From: Eledone cirrhosa
Lineage: Eukaryota
Length of the DNA: 64,000 nucleotides
Direction: 5' to 3'
Assembly: GCA_964016885.1 (NCBI GenBank)
Contig: OZ024740.1
Span: 395,374,001-395,438,000 of the forward strand
The notes beneath the pieces are model-generated. The model was given only the letters and a program-made list of their open reading frames with translations. It did no database searches and was not told the origin of the DNA. Below, piece after piece: positions 1 through 12,490 of the stretch; within the stretch, counting starts at the first letter, position 1, and each line of letters begins with the position of its first letter. The position numbers and the translations under genes are program-made.

Positions 1-37
1 CACGCGCATTTAGACAACCTACTCTTAAGACAGCCAT
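1..37 (-). CDS. N-terminus of LINE ORF2 (APE endonuclease), truncated by the window edge
   Basis: ATG GCT GTC TTA AGA GTA GGT TGT CTA AAT GCG CGT = MAVLRVGCLNAR, matching the 'xxxLNxRG' APE start motif. Confidence 0.7.
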   Translation of the reverse strand, partial: MAVLRVGCLNAR

Positions 38-60
38 GTTGGGGGCAAAGAAAGAGGCAC

Positions 61-564
61 TTACCTCTCTGCGTCCCAGGGTTCGGGCCGCTCAGTTTCC
101 ATGGGGCTGGTGGAGGGGTTGATGGATGGGGTGGTGATTTGTGGTGGTGTGGGGGTATTAGTGTGTGGAGGGGTTGGGATCTTTGGAGTTGTGTGGGTGT
201 TTGAGGAGGGGAGGGGAAAACCTTTCAGGAGGACGCGGTTGAGTGGCCTGGTGCAGGGTGGGCCCACGTCCTCAGGGTAAATGTCTTTCAAAGTTTTGAA
301 AATGTCAAGTGGGATTTTCACCATTTTCAGGTTAGGGAGTCCCATTGCCGTTACAAAATTCGGCCCTTCGGTTTGTATCGAAGGGTTGTTTTCTATTTTT
401 TCAGTTAGGTTTTTATTGTTTTTGTTTATGTATGTGTAGAGTTTTTGTGTTGTGTTTGTTTTTGCTTGTTGTTCTTGAGTGAGTTTGCGTTTTATTGTCT
501 GTGTTGTGTTGTCAGGTGGGGATATTTTTGTTTGTGTGGTGTGTGTACGTTTTTTTCTTTTCAC
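61..564 (-). pseudogene. Probable frameshifted C-terminal part of the same ORF1
   Basis: Overlaps the end of the 512-1774 ORF in another frame, has similar low-complexity composition, and its stop lies just before the ORF2 ATG. Confidence 0.55.
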
Positions 565-1774
565 TTTTTGGAAGGGAGCCCCCTCGTCTTCCGACGATAT
601 GAGCTCCTCTTCCGTATTGGAGGGGAGGGGTATATCTCCGGGTTGTGTATGAACTGCGTGTGTTTTTGTATTTGTGTTCTGTGGGGTGGGGCTGGGTGGG
701 ACCGTGTTTTGGGTTGTTTTCTTGAGCTGTTGTTGTTGATGTTGTTGTTGTGGTGGTGGTGTTGGTTTTTGTTGTCGTTGTGGTGGTGATGGTAGTGTAT
801 TTTGTTGTTTTTGTGATGGTGGTGCTGGTTGTTTTTGTTGTTGTTGTGTTGTGGTGTTTGTAGCAGTGGTTTTTTTTTGTTGTTAGTAGAGGGCAGGCCG
901 TCCCCAGGTGACCTCTGCCAGCGCAGTGGTAACATGAGGGTCTCCTGCCTTCCACTGTGATATTTATGAAGGTTCGCCCATCCAGTAGGTCTCGGTCGGG
1001 TATTCCGGAGATTCTCTCAGGTGTCATCTGTAAGAGAACCTCCAGACTTTTCCCCCCGAACAGTCCACTGGTGGACTCCCCTGCTGAAATAAGTATGTCT
1101 TTTTCTAGGTCCGTAAATCCTGTTAGGACGGACCAGATGTTAATTTCTGGCGTTGGGCTCCACATTCTTATTCTTTGTGTTCTTCTTCCTTTATATGTGG
1201 GGAAGAAGGTGTATTGTGGTGACACTATAGGTGCCACCGAATATTTTTGAGCCAGCATTTCGTCCTTCATTCGGACCATAATGCTGGCATACAGCTTTCC
1301 TCTTTGAATAAAGAGTATGTCCTTTTTAATGTCTTTCAGAACCAGCTCAATTTGACTTTCTGTCAATTGAGCTGGCTTTCTTGTTGCGTTGGTTATAGTC
1401 CTATAGGTTACGGTATTCCTATATACCTGTTGACGCACTTCTTCTGGGGAGTTGATCGTAAAAGAACCATCCTCCCCAAAAGATACGTATTTTCTAGCAT
1501 CTAGCAAATTTTGCTTAGCGTTCGTGATATCTATTGGCTTATACTCGATAGCTTTCCTGACCGTTTGGGCAAAAGAAATTTTGTTGTCTTTGTTTGTTGT
1601 TGTAATGTTGTTGGTTTCATTATTTGTGGTGTTATTTTTTTCTTCAAAATTAAGTTTATCATTTGAATTAATATTCTTTTTTTTTTCATTGGAGAGGAGG
1701 GGCTGTTCAATAGTTTGAACTGTTGTTCCCTCTTTCCCGCTTATTTTTTTGGTAGGCGTGGCGTTCGCTTCCAA
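512..1774 (-). CDS. LINE ORF1 (gag-like, CX2CX4HX4C zinc knuckle, Thr-rich tail)
   Basis: 420-aa ORF containing INITVEGRRPSCYHCAGRGHLGTAC, resembling L1/Tx1 ORF1 proteins. Confidence 0.75.
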   Translation of the reverse strand: MEANATPTKKISGKEGTTVQTIEQPLLSNEKKKNINSNDKLNFEEKNNTTNNETNNITTTNKDNKISFAQTVRKAIEYKPIDITNAKQNLLDARKYVSFGEDGSFTINSPEEVRQQVYRNTVTYRTITNATRKPAQLTESQIELVLKDIKKDILFIQRGKLYASIMVRMKDEMLAQKYSVAPIVSPQYTFFPTYKGRRTQRIRMWSPTPEINIWSVLTGFTDLEKDILISAGESTSGLFGGKSLEVLLQMTPERISGIPDRDLLDGRTFINITVEGRRPSCYHCAGRGHLGTACPLLTTKKNHCYKHHNTTTTKTTSTTITKTTKYTTITTTTTTKTNTTTTTTTSTTTAQENNPKHGPTQPHPTEHKYKNTRSSYTTRRYTPPLQYGRGAHIVGRRGGSLPKSEKKKTYTHHTNKNIPT

Positions 1775-1972
1775 TATGTCGATATTGTTTTCGACAATAT
1801 CGTTATCAACGATATCGTTATCAACGGGGTGAAAATATATTTACCCTACGTCTACAGTCCCAGACTAGGGGTTAGAGTCAATAATAAAAAACAATTCAAA
1901 TAATTCACTCACAAATATTCCAGGTAAAAATTCCAAATCGCAGAGCCGATATGAAAGACGTCTACTATCCTC

Positions 1973-2075
1973 AGACAGACAGACACACACACACACACAC
2001 ACACGCACACACGCACACGCGCACACGCGCACACGCACACACGCACAGACGCACACACGCACACACGCGCGCGCG
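1973..2075. repeat. (CA)n/(CACG)n microsatellite
   Basis: Directly visible. Confidence 0.95.
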
Positions 2076-2320
2076 CCGAAGGAAACCTACAATTAAATTT
2101 GGGATCAGCAATAACGGGGAATGTAAAAATGTAACTTGGCTTTTCTCAGTTATCGAAAGGAATACGTAAATACATCTCTTAGGTAATATAACACAGTATA
2201 TAACTGATATTAAGATTGAATAAATTTGGAATATGATTCACTAATAGGATAAATAATCTCTCGTATAAAACCAGACAATGTATATTGTAAGAAATAAAGT
2301 TGAAGAGATGTGTATGTTAT

Positions 2321-2448
2321 TAATATAATTGTTTCTACTTTTGGCACATTACTGGTACTTTATTTTATCGACTCGTAAGGATGAAAGGCAAAGTTAACAT
2401 CGGCGGGATTTGAACTCAGACCGTAAAGGGACGTAACTATGCTAACAT
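2321..2448 (-). mobile_element. Partial tRNA-derived SINE (family A, central GCCTTTCATCCT...GTCGATAAAAT box)
   Basis: Matches copies at 7036, 7795, 35180, 38305, 48487 and 57583. Confidence 0.8.
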
Positions 2449-2711
2449 ACTGAAGGCAGACAAGAAATATCTCGGATTTCTTTTTACCTTTGGGGGAGAC
2501 GGGGAGAGGGTAACCTCCGATGTTTAATACAGAAATGTGAAGACTGTTTTGAAATTGATGATTTAAAAAAAAATGTTAATGTTAGAGGGAAGTTCATAAT
2601 TCATCTACCTATTTTGAAACATTTATTGATTTACGTAATTAATGAAAGACATGTTAGAATTTTATATTTCTCTTTATTACTAGTTTTTATGATGCTGCTT
2701 TCTTTCATTTT

Positions 2712-2962
2712 TACCAAATACATACACACCCACATATACATGACCACATATATATAACCACATATATATATATACCCACATATACATGACCACATATATA
2801 TAACCACATATATATAACCACATATATATGACCACATATATATAACCACATATATATAACCACATATACATGACCACATATATATAACCACATATATATA
2901 ACCACATACGCATAACCACATACGCATAACCACATACGCATGACCACATACCCATACTCACA
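2712..2962. repeat. ~14-bp minisatellite (ACCACATATATATA)n
   Basis: Tandem units directly visible. Confidence 0.9.
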
Positions 2963-3045
2963 CAAGGCTATCGCTCTGACAGAGTTCCTTTAATTACCCT
3001 CAAGCAGTGTACTTCAGAGCTAGCACCTATTTCACCAAACTCAGA

Positions 3046-3325
3046 AGTTCTCCGTCGGTTACGACGTTTAGTGTTCCAGTTGATTCGATCAACGGAACAG
3101 ACTGCTCATGTAATTAACGTGCAAGTGGCTGAGCATTCCACAGACACTCGTACTCTGAACGTAGTTCTCAGGGAGATTCAGCATGACACACACAGAATGT
3201 GACAAGGCCGGTCATTCGAACTACAAGTATAACTCATTTTTGCCAGCTGGGAGCAACGTGAAATAAAGTATTTTGCTCACAACCTTACGATTGTAAGCCA
3301 AATTCCCTAACCACAAAGCCACGAG
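3046..3325 (-). mobile_element. tRNA-derived SINE (family B, CORE-like centre)
   Basis: Minus strand reads GTGGCTTTGTGGTTAGG...CTTTATTTCACGTTGCTCC...; related copies or remnants at 5750, 34130 and 57200. Confidence 0.65.
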
Positions 3326-4838
3326 CAAGTCAGTTATTTCAATCAATTGAAGCACACGACTGAAGTATTCTCTAGAAGGCAGTCATTCCGGTGCTACTAT
3401 CTACCGACCTTTCGTCCTGACTTGTAACATCTCAAAAGTAATAAAATCAGTAGTAAACAATCAGCTCCTTCGTCACTAAAGTTTCTCTTTCTTCTCAGTG
3501 ACCACTAATATGACCCTATAGTCAGAGGCGTATCTAGGGTATGGCAAGCATGCCACGTGCCATGGGCACCACTTGAAAGAGGGCGCTACCTGAGCTAGGA
3601 GCACTTTCTATTAAAGTCAGATAAGCTATCGTCAGAGAGTGAAAAAAGAAACTTCTTCAGATGTATGATCTGTCTTTTATTATCGTGGATGAGAAACACT
3701 ATGGTCGCTAGATCATTAAACTATTTATATAAATTATTAGGCCTCCATAGGCAAAAATGCAGAGCTGGGAAGTACATGATCACAGAGGTATACCTCATAG
3801 TATATGACTTGTAATATATTTTAATAGGGTTTTAATGTTTGTCAAATATCAATATTACACAGATCACTCCCTTTAAATACACTAACACTTTTGCCAATAC
3901 CTTACATATACTTAAGCCCAAAGGGATACCTGTAGGACAAATGAAAATGCAGTTAAATACCCTAACCCTTATTTATTTAAACTGCGCTGTCAATACCTTT
4001 GTCTAACAACTACTATATAGCTTGCTGCATGGGCAGGGGCGCAATTTCTATGTTTGCTATAAACCCTATTTTCCTTTGTTAGACTTCTGCCTACTGTGCC
4101 AGCTCTACCAGAGTCATGCACCTTGTCTTTTGCCCTTCAGAGCCTCGCCGACATCAAAAGAACTTGTCTTTCACGAGAGCTGTACAAATTTAGTCCACAA
4201 TGGGCTTCGATTTTGTCTCTTAAATTTTGAATCCGAAGTTTGCTGCTAAAGCGTTCCATTGCAGTTTCAATAAATGAACCTTACACGATCCACACTGCAT
4301 TAACTCTGTTGTATCTCTTTTTTTTTCTTTCTTTATCTACATAAATGACGTAGTAACACTGTTTCCGGTTCAAATCATACTGTTCTTCCTATTTCTTTAA
4401 CATTATACACTCTGACGTAATTATTTCCAGCCTGCTTACTTATCTGTAAGACCTTTTCTGCCTTTGCAAGCAGAGATTTTGAAAATATCATCCAATGAAA
4501 TATATGACAAGCTGGTATTCTTTAAACAGCTAAAAACTTAATCATCACTCATATAAAATAAAACAGACTTTCATTATACCCACTCTACACACCAACAATC
4601 AAAACTATACAAATACTAGACTTCGCGATCTTTCCACAATTTCCCATGGTAATTTCACGTGATTGACAAATATATATACAGGATCTGAACACGCCTAAAT
4701 TATCATTTAGTTAGATTTAGACTTGGTGAAGCAATATTCTATATAGAGCTAAGAGGCTTCTTGTTAAAACACCCCCACCGGTTTCAGTGTGAAATAATTA
4801 TTTTCCCTTTTTTTTTTGTTATTATTATTATTTTTTTT

Positions 4839-5244
4839 TTTTTCGTGTGCTATCAATTAAACCTACCTCCTAATATGCTGCAAAGACCATTTTTGTTCTG
4901 GAAAAGGGTGGGTGTAGAAGGGGCACACTCGGACATTTCAACCCCACCTTCATCCGATTTTTGTTCCCCATTTTTTTCCCTTGATTTTTTTATATGTTAG
5001 CAACTAATCTTACTTCCGAACATGCAACAAACGACTTTTTTCTTCAGAAACGAACGGGAAAGGGGGGACCTGGACCCCTCTCCACTCCACCCTCGGAGTT
5101 TTCTTTACACCTTAACCTTAACCCAAACAGCAGGAGAGGGGAGTGAAAAGTCCGAGGGTCCCCGCCTCCCCTCCTTCTGTTTTTCGGGAAAAAACATCCT
5201 TTGCAGTATGTTCGGAAGTAGGATTAGTTGTTAGCACACGAAAA
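4839..5244. mobile_element. MITE/HINE-like foldback element with ~29-bp inverted repeats and an internal CCTTAA repeat
   Basis: 4995-5023 TGTTAGCAACTAATCTTACTTCCGAACAT is the near reverse complement of 5209-5237. A third, degenerate copy lies at 4839-4895. Confidence 0.5.
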
Positions 5245-6544
5245 GCCCGAGGAAAAAAAAAAAAAAAAAGAAAACTCGCTGTTCCACGTACGAACTGTAT
5301 TCCAAATGAAATGATTGAAATATAGTTTCAATATCTACACCTCATATACTTCGCCACTACCAGAAACTTTCCACATGTCTCAGTATGATAACAGTTCACA
5401 GGGAAACAAATTTTCCCGGACAAAAGAATATGACAAAATACCCTTTAGCGGTGAATTGATTATTTAAAAAAAGTTCTGTTGTATTACTTTTAATGTATTT
5501 ACAAAAACCTTTTACATGCTTCACCTGCATACATTGTGTTGCATAAAATCACTGCTTATTCTGCCTTAAAGTACGCGCGCCATTGGATAATAAATAAAAA
5601 GATGAATAATCGAAGCGAACAGTTTCTTGTATAGACATGAACGCGGAGTTTATGCGAGTTGAAGTAGGAGAGGTATGTATCGAAACGCAACAATGATCGC
5701 CTTACACACACATTCTCTCACGTGTGAATATGTGTGTGTGTGTGTTAGGCCTCCGTCAATTACGACGATGAAGGTTCCATTTGTTCTAACAACAGAACAA
5801 CCTGTTCGTGAATTTAACGTTGCGGTTCTTATCTTCACTGGCGGCTCGCCTAATCGAGGCAAATGATGATACTCGTGAAGGCGCTTAGCTGTTCCAGCAC
5901 ATTAGCCTCGCCATCACCCGAGGTAACACTGCACGCGTGCTGGCTTTCCCCCCAAATTATTAGAGTTTTCCCAGTGTTTCTCGCGATACTTTGCTCTGGT
6001 AGCGGTTCGTTTGTCCATCCCTTTCGCCTGTCTTTTGTTGTATGTGGCCCTAGATGTATTACCACTTTTTTTCCTTCCGTCTTTCTTTTTTTTTCTCTCT
6101 TTCTATTTGTAATATTATGTTGACGATTACATCTTAATAAAAGTTAGTATTAGCAGTTGAGCATTCCGTAGACACGTGTACCCTCACACACACAGAGACA
6201 TGTATCCGTTCACACACATACGGAGATATGTAGAATGACATACAGAAATAGTATACACAATACATACAAAGATCGTCTAAGAAGTATTCTGAAAATCTAA
6301 ATAAGCAAAACAGTCTATCATGTAAATTATCAACTTTATACACTTATCAGTGTTTACTAAATTTCAGTGATAGTGTTTTGTATTCAAGGAAACAGCTTAA
6401 AATAGAACAACACTGACATATAGATAAGGTATATAGATAGATATGTGGGGAAATAGATAGGTTAGATGAGAAATAGATAAGTCGGAATGAAAAGTTTTCT
6501 CCTGTATCTTAAAGGAGAGAAAAGAAAGTAAGTCATTTATGGGA

Positions 6545-6860
6545 CGTGACATGCAATGGCGTTCTCCGCCTCCAACTTAGCCGCTTCGGCCACAACCCCG
6601 GTACTACGGCTCGTAATTCAGAGGAGAGGATGTCGAGCAATTACCGGGGCTTGTCCCACTGCTTCTTCTTTGTACAGACCGCCGTCGAAACCTCAGACGC
6701 CCTCAGACTCCATACAGTCGAGCTCCTCCGCAAAATAAGAACGCTGCAACAACCACGCCACGTAGCTAGGTTGCAGTGGTGTCGCTGGCCATTGTCCGCG
6801 GAAATGCCTTCGCAATTTTGTCCGCGGGGTGCAGCCGAAACACAGCTCTGACCTAGGTGT
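6545..6860. promoter_or_regulatory. GC/CpG-rich island, possible promoter or first exon
   Basis: Abrupt CpG-rich unique segment in an AT-rich context, with a CAATGGCG motif at ~6554. No convincing protein product. Confidence 0.3.
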
Positions 6861-7035
6861 AGAATCTGTCACCTCAATAGTCCTTGCTCCCTCCCCGCTT
6901 TTCTTCTCATTTAAGGCATTTACAGTCAGATCTTTTCTTCTTTACTCCTTCTCCCTTTCCCCTTTTTTTTTTTCATTTTTTTTTAATCCTATTTTAATAT
7001 TTCATCATTGTATAACTTTTAGTATATATAAAAAA

Positions 7036-7249
7036 AATGATTTCTAGTATAGGCACAAGGCTAACAATTTTGGGGGAGGGGGAAGTCGATTAAATCGACC
7101 CCAGTGTGTGACTGGTACTTTATTTTATCGACACCGTAAGGATGAAGGTCAAAGTTAACCTTGGCGGGATTTGATCTCAGATCATAAAGGGCCGTAACTT
7201 TATGCTCCAAAGCATGGCGTCCGACTCTCTACCGATACTGCCAATCCAC
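7036..7249 (-). mobile_element. Near full-length SINE family A
   Basis: A-box TGGCAGTATCGG, B-box-like motif, central box and AT-rich tail on the minus strand. Confidence 0.85.
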
Positions 7250-7431
7250 AATGACCGTGCAAAATTATTGTTTTTTCAATATATCACAGGTCCCCCTCCG
7301 CCTAATTACGGAACTTCTACGGGGCTGCTCAACCTATTAGAAATAGCAGTCGAATCTCCTTCAAATAACATCTAGTCGTCTTAAACAACTGCCAAATTGG
7401 ATAATGTAGCATTATATTTCAACTGGATTGT

Positions 7432-7780
7432 GAAGGCGCATGGCTTAGTGGTTATTGCAATCGAAAGGTTGTGAGTTCAATTCTCGGGTGATGTGTTGTT
7501 ACCTTGAGCAAGACACTTTATTTCACGTTGCTCCAGTTTACTCAGATGAAAATAAGTACCAGCAATAGCTGGAGGTTTAACCCTGCGATGGACTAGCGTC
7601 CTGTCCAGGAGGGAGTCTTGTGCTCTCGGTCGCTTCACGCCATGAAGCCGGGATTGGCACCGGCCAAATGAGCCTTCTGGCTTAAGGCAGACTTTAGACT
7701 TACGGCCTGCCCGCCCAGCCAGTGGGATGGCGTCATCGTATGGCTAAAACAGCAATGCTGTGACTGGTCGGTCAAAGTGA
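7432..7780 (+). mobile_element. CORE-type tRNA SINE (family B-related)
   Basis: GGCGCATGGCTTAGTGG (A box), GAGTTCAATTC (B box), CCTTGAGCAAGACACTT CORE-like motif. The head also occurs at 49540-49695 on the minus strand. Confidence 0.7.
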
Positions 7781-7794
7781 TTAAGGTGATATAG

Positions 7795-8010
7795 CTGGAT
7801 TGGCAGTATTGGTAGAGGGTCGGACGCCATGTTTTGCAGTTTAGAGTTACAGCCCTTATGATCTGAGTTCAAATCCCGCCGAGGTTAACTTTGCCTTTCA
7901 TCCTTAAGGGGTCGATAAAATAAAGTACCAGTCATGCACTGAGGTCGATTTAATCGACTTTCCCCTCCCCCAAAATTGCTGGTCTTGTGCCTACATAAGA
8001 AACCATTATA
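7795..8010 (+). mobile_element. Near full-length SINE family A
   Basis: TGGCAGTATTGG A box, GAGTTCAAATCC B box and central box. Confidence 0.85.
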
Positions 8011-8420
8011 TAGCCTTAACAAGACGGCATAGCCACATCTCTCTCTCTCTCCTGACCCCCCCCCCCCCCTCCTCTCATTATTCGATCCGAAACCGATGAT
8101 ATATATATACATGTGTAATCTTTTTTCACTTTTCTCGTTACTTTTATTTCTATTTTCGTCATTCAGCTGATAGGACACAATTCAGCGGTTCTTCTGTGTA
8201 TTATAATTAAGACCTCGTTATTTCCTTGTTTAAAGCTCATTACTTTCATATTCGCAAGACAAAATATAATTGATGCTCACATACGAACAAACACACTTCT
8301 ATCCCCTTCCCCTACTTTTTTCTTCACATCACATGTAAGCAGATGGAAGCTACATAAAAAACACATTCTCTCTGATTTCAAATGATTCTCTCTCTGCTAC
8401 GTTGCTCCGTGAGAAGTATC

Positions 8421-8467
8421 GTATATATATATACATATTGTAGTATGTATGTATGTATGTATGTATG

Positions 8468-8503
<36 letters not shown>

Positions 8504-8517
8504 AACATATTGTAGTA

Positions 8518-8575
<58 letters not shown>

Positions 8576-8595
8576 CATATACTTATTGTAGTATG

Positions 8596-8647
<52 letters not shown>

Positions 8648-8963
8648 TATACATATTGTAGTATGTATGTATATATATATATACATATACATATTGTAGT
8701 ATGTATGTATATATATATATACATATTGTAGTATGTATATATTACACCGGCCCCACGCTCGAACTGTACGGTCGTTACATCGACGACTGTATCGGAGCCA
8801 CGACCCTCACCTGAGAACAGCTCGACTCCTCAGGATCCGCCGCCTCTGTAGTATGTATATATATACATACATACTAAAATATGTATATATATATATATAT
8901 ATATACATACTACAATATGTATATGTATATATATATATATATATATATACATACTACAATATG

Positions 8964-8995
<32 letters not shown>

Positions 8996-9080
8996 CATAC
9001 TACAATATGTATATGTATATATATATATATACATACTACAATATGTATATGTATATATATATATATACATACATACTAAA

Positions 9081-9128
<48 letters not shown>

Positions 9129-9132
9129 TGTA

Positions 9133-9170
<38 letters not shown>

Positions 9171-9174
9171 TGTA

Positions 9175-9212
<38 letters not shown>

Positions 9213-9216
9213 TGTA

Positions 9217-9266
<50 letters not shown>

Positions 9267-9305
9267 TGTAGTATATATATATATATATACATATACATAT
9301 TGTAG

Positions 9306-9354
<49 letters not shown>

Positions 9355-9364
9355 CTACAATATG

Positions 9365-9398
<34 letters not shown>

Positions 9399-9441
9399 CT
9401 ACAATATGTATATATATATATATATATATATACATACTACA

Positions 9442-9491
<50 letters not shown>

Positions 9492-9679
9492 TTTATGTAT
9501 ATTTTTATGTATATATATATATAGATATGCATATTGTAGTATGTATGTGTGTGTGTATATATATATATATATACATATACATATTTTAGTATGTATATAT
9601 ATATATATATATATATACATACATATTTTAGTATGTATGTATATATATATATATATATATATACATATACATATTTTAG

Positions 9680-9717
<38 letters not shown>

Positions 9718-9803
9718 CATACATATTTTAGTATGTATGTATGTATGTATATATACATATTGTAGTATGTATATGTATGTATATATATATATACATATTG
9801 TAG

Positions 9804-9846
<43 letters not shown>

Positions 9847-10168
9847 TGTAGTATGTATGTATGTATATATATATATATATATTGTAGTATGTATGTATGT
9901 ATGTATATATATATATATACATATTGTAGTATGTATGTATATATATATATATATACATATTGTAGTATGTATGTATATATATATATATACATATTGTAGT
10001 ATGTATATATATATATATACATATTGTATGTATATATATATATATATATATATACATATTGTAGTATGTATATATATATATATATATATATACATATTGT
10101 AGTATGTATATATATATATATATACATATTGTAGTATGTATATATATATATATATATACATATTGTAG

Positions 10169-10221
<53 letters not shown>

Positions 10222-10256
10222 TGTAGTATGTATATATATATATATACATATTGTAG

Positions 10257-10293
<37 letters not shown>

Positions 10294-10344
10294 TGTAGTA
10301 TGTATGTATATATATATATATATATACATATTGTAGTATGTATG

Positions 10345-10375
<31 letters not shown>

Positions 10376-10422
10376 TGTAGTATGTATGTATATATATATA
10401 TATATATACATATTGTAGTATG

Positions 10423-10453
<31 letters not shown>
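8421..10453. repeat. Compound satellite [ACATATTGTAGTATGT(AT)n]n with internal orientation switches
   Basis: Directly visible; reverse-oriented units (ACATACTACAATATGT) at ~8870-9085 and ~9350-9450. Confidence 0.95.
8743..8846 (+). pseudogene. ~100-bp fragment of a Penelope-like reverse transcriptase (YIDD motif)
   Basis: Frame from 8743 reads [28 protein letters not shown]. Confidence 0.7.
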
Positions 10454-10460
<7 letters not shown>

Positions 10461-10514
10461 TAAAAAAATAATGAATAAAACAATGAAACATTTCCTTATA
10501 TTAAACAAAAAAAG

Positions 10515-10657
10515 TTCATTATTTAACGATCGTTTCTAGGACATATATGTGTTAGAATTGGCATGCATATTCAACAGATCTATGTACAAAATTATACAAA
10601 CTATCAAATTTAATATACATACCAACACATATATATGCCGTCTTCAGAAATAATGAA
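10515..10657 (-). ncRNA. Type I hammerhead ribozyme (10-bp stem I, long stem II, palindromic stem III)
   Basis: Minus strand: TTCATTATTT-CTGAAGA-[cggcatatatatgtgttgg...ctaacacatatatgtccta]-GAAA-CGATCG-TT-AAATAATGAA. Confidence 0.8.
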
Positions 10658-11270
10658 ATATATTTATTGATAATAACAACAATTCAAAATTACAGGTCTG
10701 TTTGGGAACAGAGTTCAAATTGACCAATGAAATACACAAAAATATATCCAGAAAATACAGTTAGGTGTGTGTATATATGTAAGTAACTTCGTTCACAGAT
10801 ATGCATAAAAATATATGTTCACATGCAGACGCATGTCGAAAAAATGTATGTAAATACAAAAATTCAGGGCTAATGTCTCTGTATGTTTATAATCTACAGA
10901 TAAAATACATATACGTATATAAATATATACACATTCATATATACACACATATACATACATTCACACATACACGCGCATATACACATACCCACGAACATAC
11001 ACACACACACACACACCCACACACACACACATATATATGTGTATATATTATTATCATAAGCATATGGACATTAAGGCGCGCACATAAGCACTGCCACATA
11101 TATTTAGATCCAGATACAGAAAGTAGGTGAGGGGGTCAGAATTAGTACGGGTGTCAGACAAACTGCCTATTTATAAATGTATCTATAAATTTAGAAATAA
11201 AAAGAAAAAGAAAAATATAAAAAAAAATATATATATATATATAAACAAGTAAATTATAAAATACACATCG

Positions 11271-11302
<32 letters not shown>

Positions 11303-11389
11303 ATACACATATATATATATATATATATATACACACATTGAGTTCTTCATACGGATTGGACACTACCGTAAACTCTTGGTAGATTTATC

Positions 11390-11487
11390 TACATATATAT
11401 ATATATATATATACATATTGTAGTATGTATATATATATATATACATATTGTAGTATGTATATATATATATATATATATACATATTGT

Positions 11488-11554
<67 letters not shown>

Positions 11555-11561
11555 TGTAGTA

Positions 11562-11610
<49 letters not shown>

Positions 11611-11645
11611 TGTAGTATGTATGTATGTATATATATATATTGTAG

Positions 11646-11682
<37 letters not shown>

Positions 11683-11989
11683 ATATTGTAGTATGTATGT
11701 ATGTATATATATATAAACATATTGTAGTATGTATGTATGTATATATATATATATATGTATGTATATATGTATATATATATATATGTATGTATATATATAT
11801 AAACATATTGTAGTATGTATGTATATATGTATATATATATATATGTATGTATATATATATAAACATATTGTAGTATGTATGTATGTATGTATATATATAT
11901 ATGTATGTATGTATATATATATAAACATATTGTAGTATGTATGTATGTATATATATATATATATATATATAGATATTGTAGTATGTATG

Positions 11990-12027
<38 letters not shown>

Positions 12028-12191
12028 TATACATATTGTAGTATGTATGTATATATATATATATATATATATAAGTATATACATATTGTAGTATGTATGT
12101 ATATATATATATATATATATATAAGTATATACATATTGTAGTATGTATATATATATATATATATATATAAGTATATACATATTGTAGTATG

Positions 12192-12223
<32 letters not shown>

Positions 12224-12249
12224 AGTATATACATATTGTAGTATGTATG

Positions 12250-12306
<57 letters not shown>

Positions 12307-12371
12307 TGTAGTATGTCTGTATATATATATATATATATATATATAAGTATATACATATTGTAGTATGTATG

Positions 12372-12412
<41 letters not shown>

Positions 12413-12490
12413 TGTAGTATGTATGTATGTATATATATATATATATATATGTATATACATATTGTAGTATGTATGTGTATATATATATTG
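11390..12490. repeat. Second block of the ACATATTGTAGTATGT(AT)n satellite
   Basis: Directly visible. Confidence 0.95.

Larger units (their letters stand above)
1..1975 (-). mobile_element. 5' portion of an L1/Tx1-like non-LTR retrotransposon (5'UTR, ORF1, start of ORF2; continues off the left edge)
   Basis: ORF1 carries a CCHC zinc knuckle. 23 nt after the ORF1 stop, an ATG at 37 reads MAVLRVGCLNAR, the typical start of an APE endonuclease. The 5' end abuts a (CA)n tract. Confidence 0.8.

Noticed and set aside
3523-3590. hAT-like terminus CAGAGGCGTATCTAGG
   Set aside because: No matching opposite TIR or TSD found.
6556-6738. 60-aa ORF MAFSASNLAA... as a first coding exon
   Set aside because: No recognisable homology, only weak donor sites, and no linked downstream exons.
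8421-12490. CRISPR-like repeat-spacer appearance
   Set aside because: The 'spacers' are just variable (AT)n, the context is eukaryotic, and there are no cas genes.
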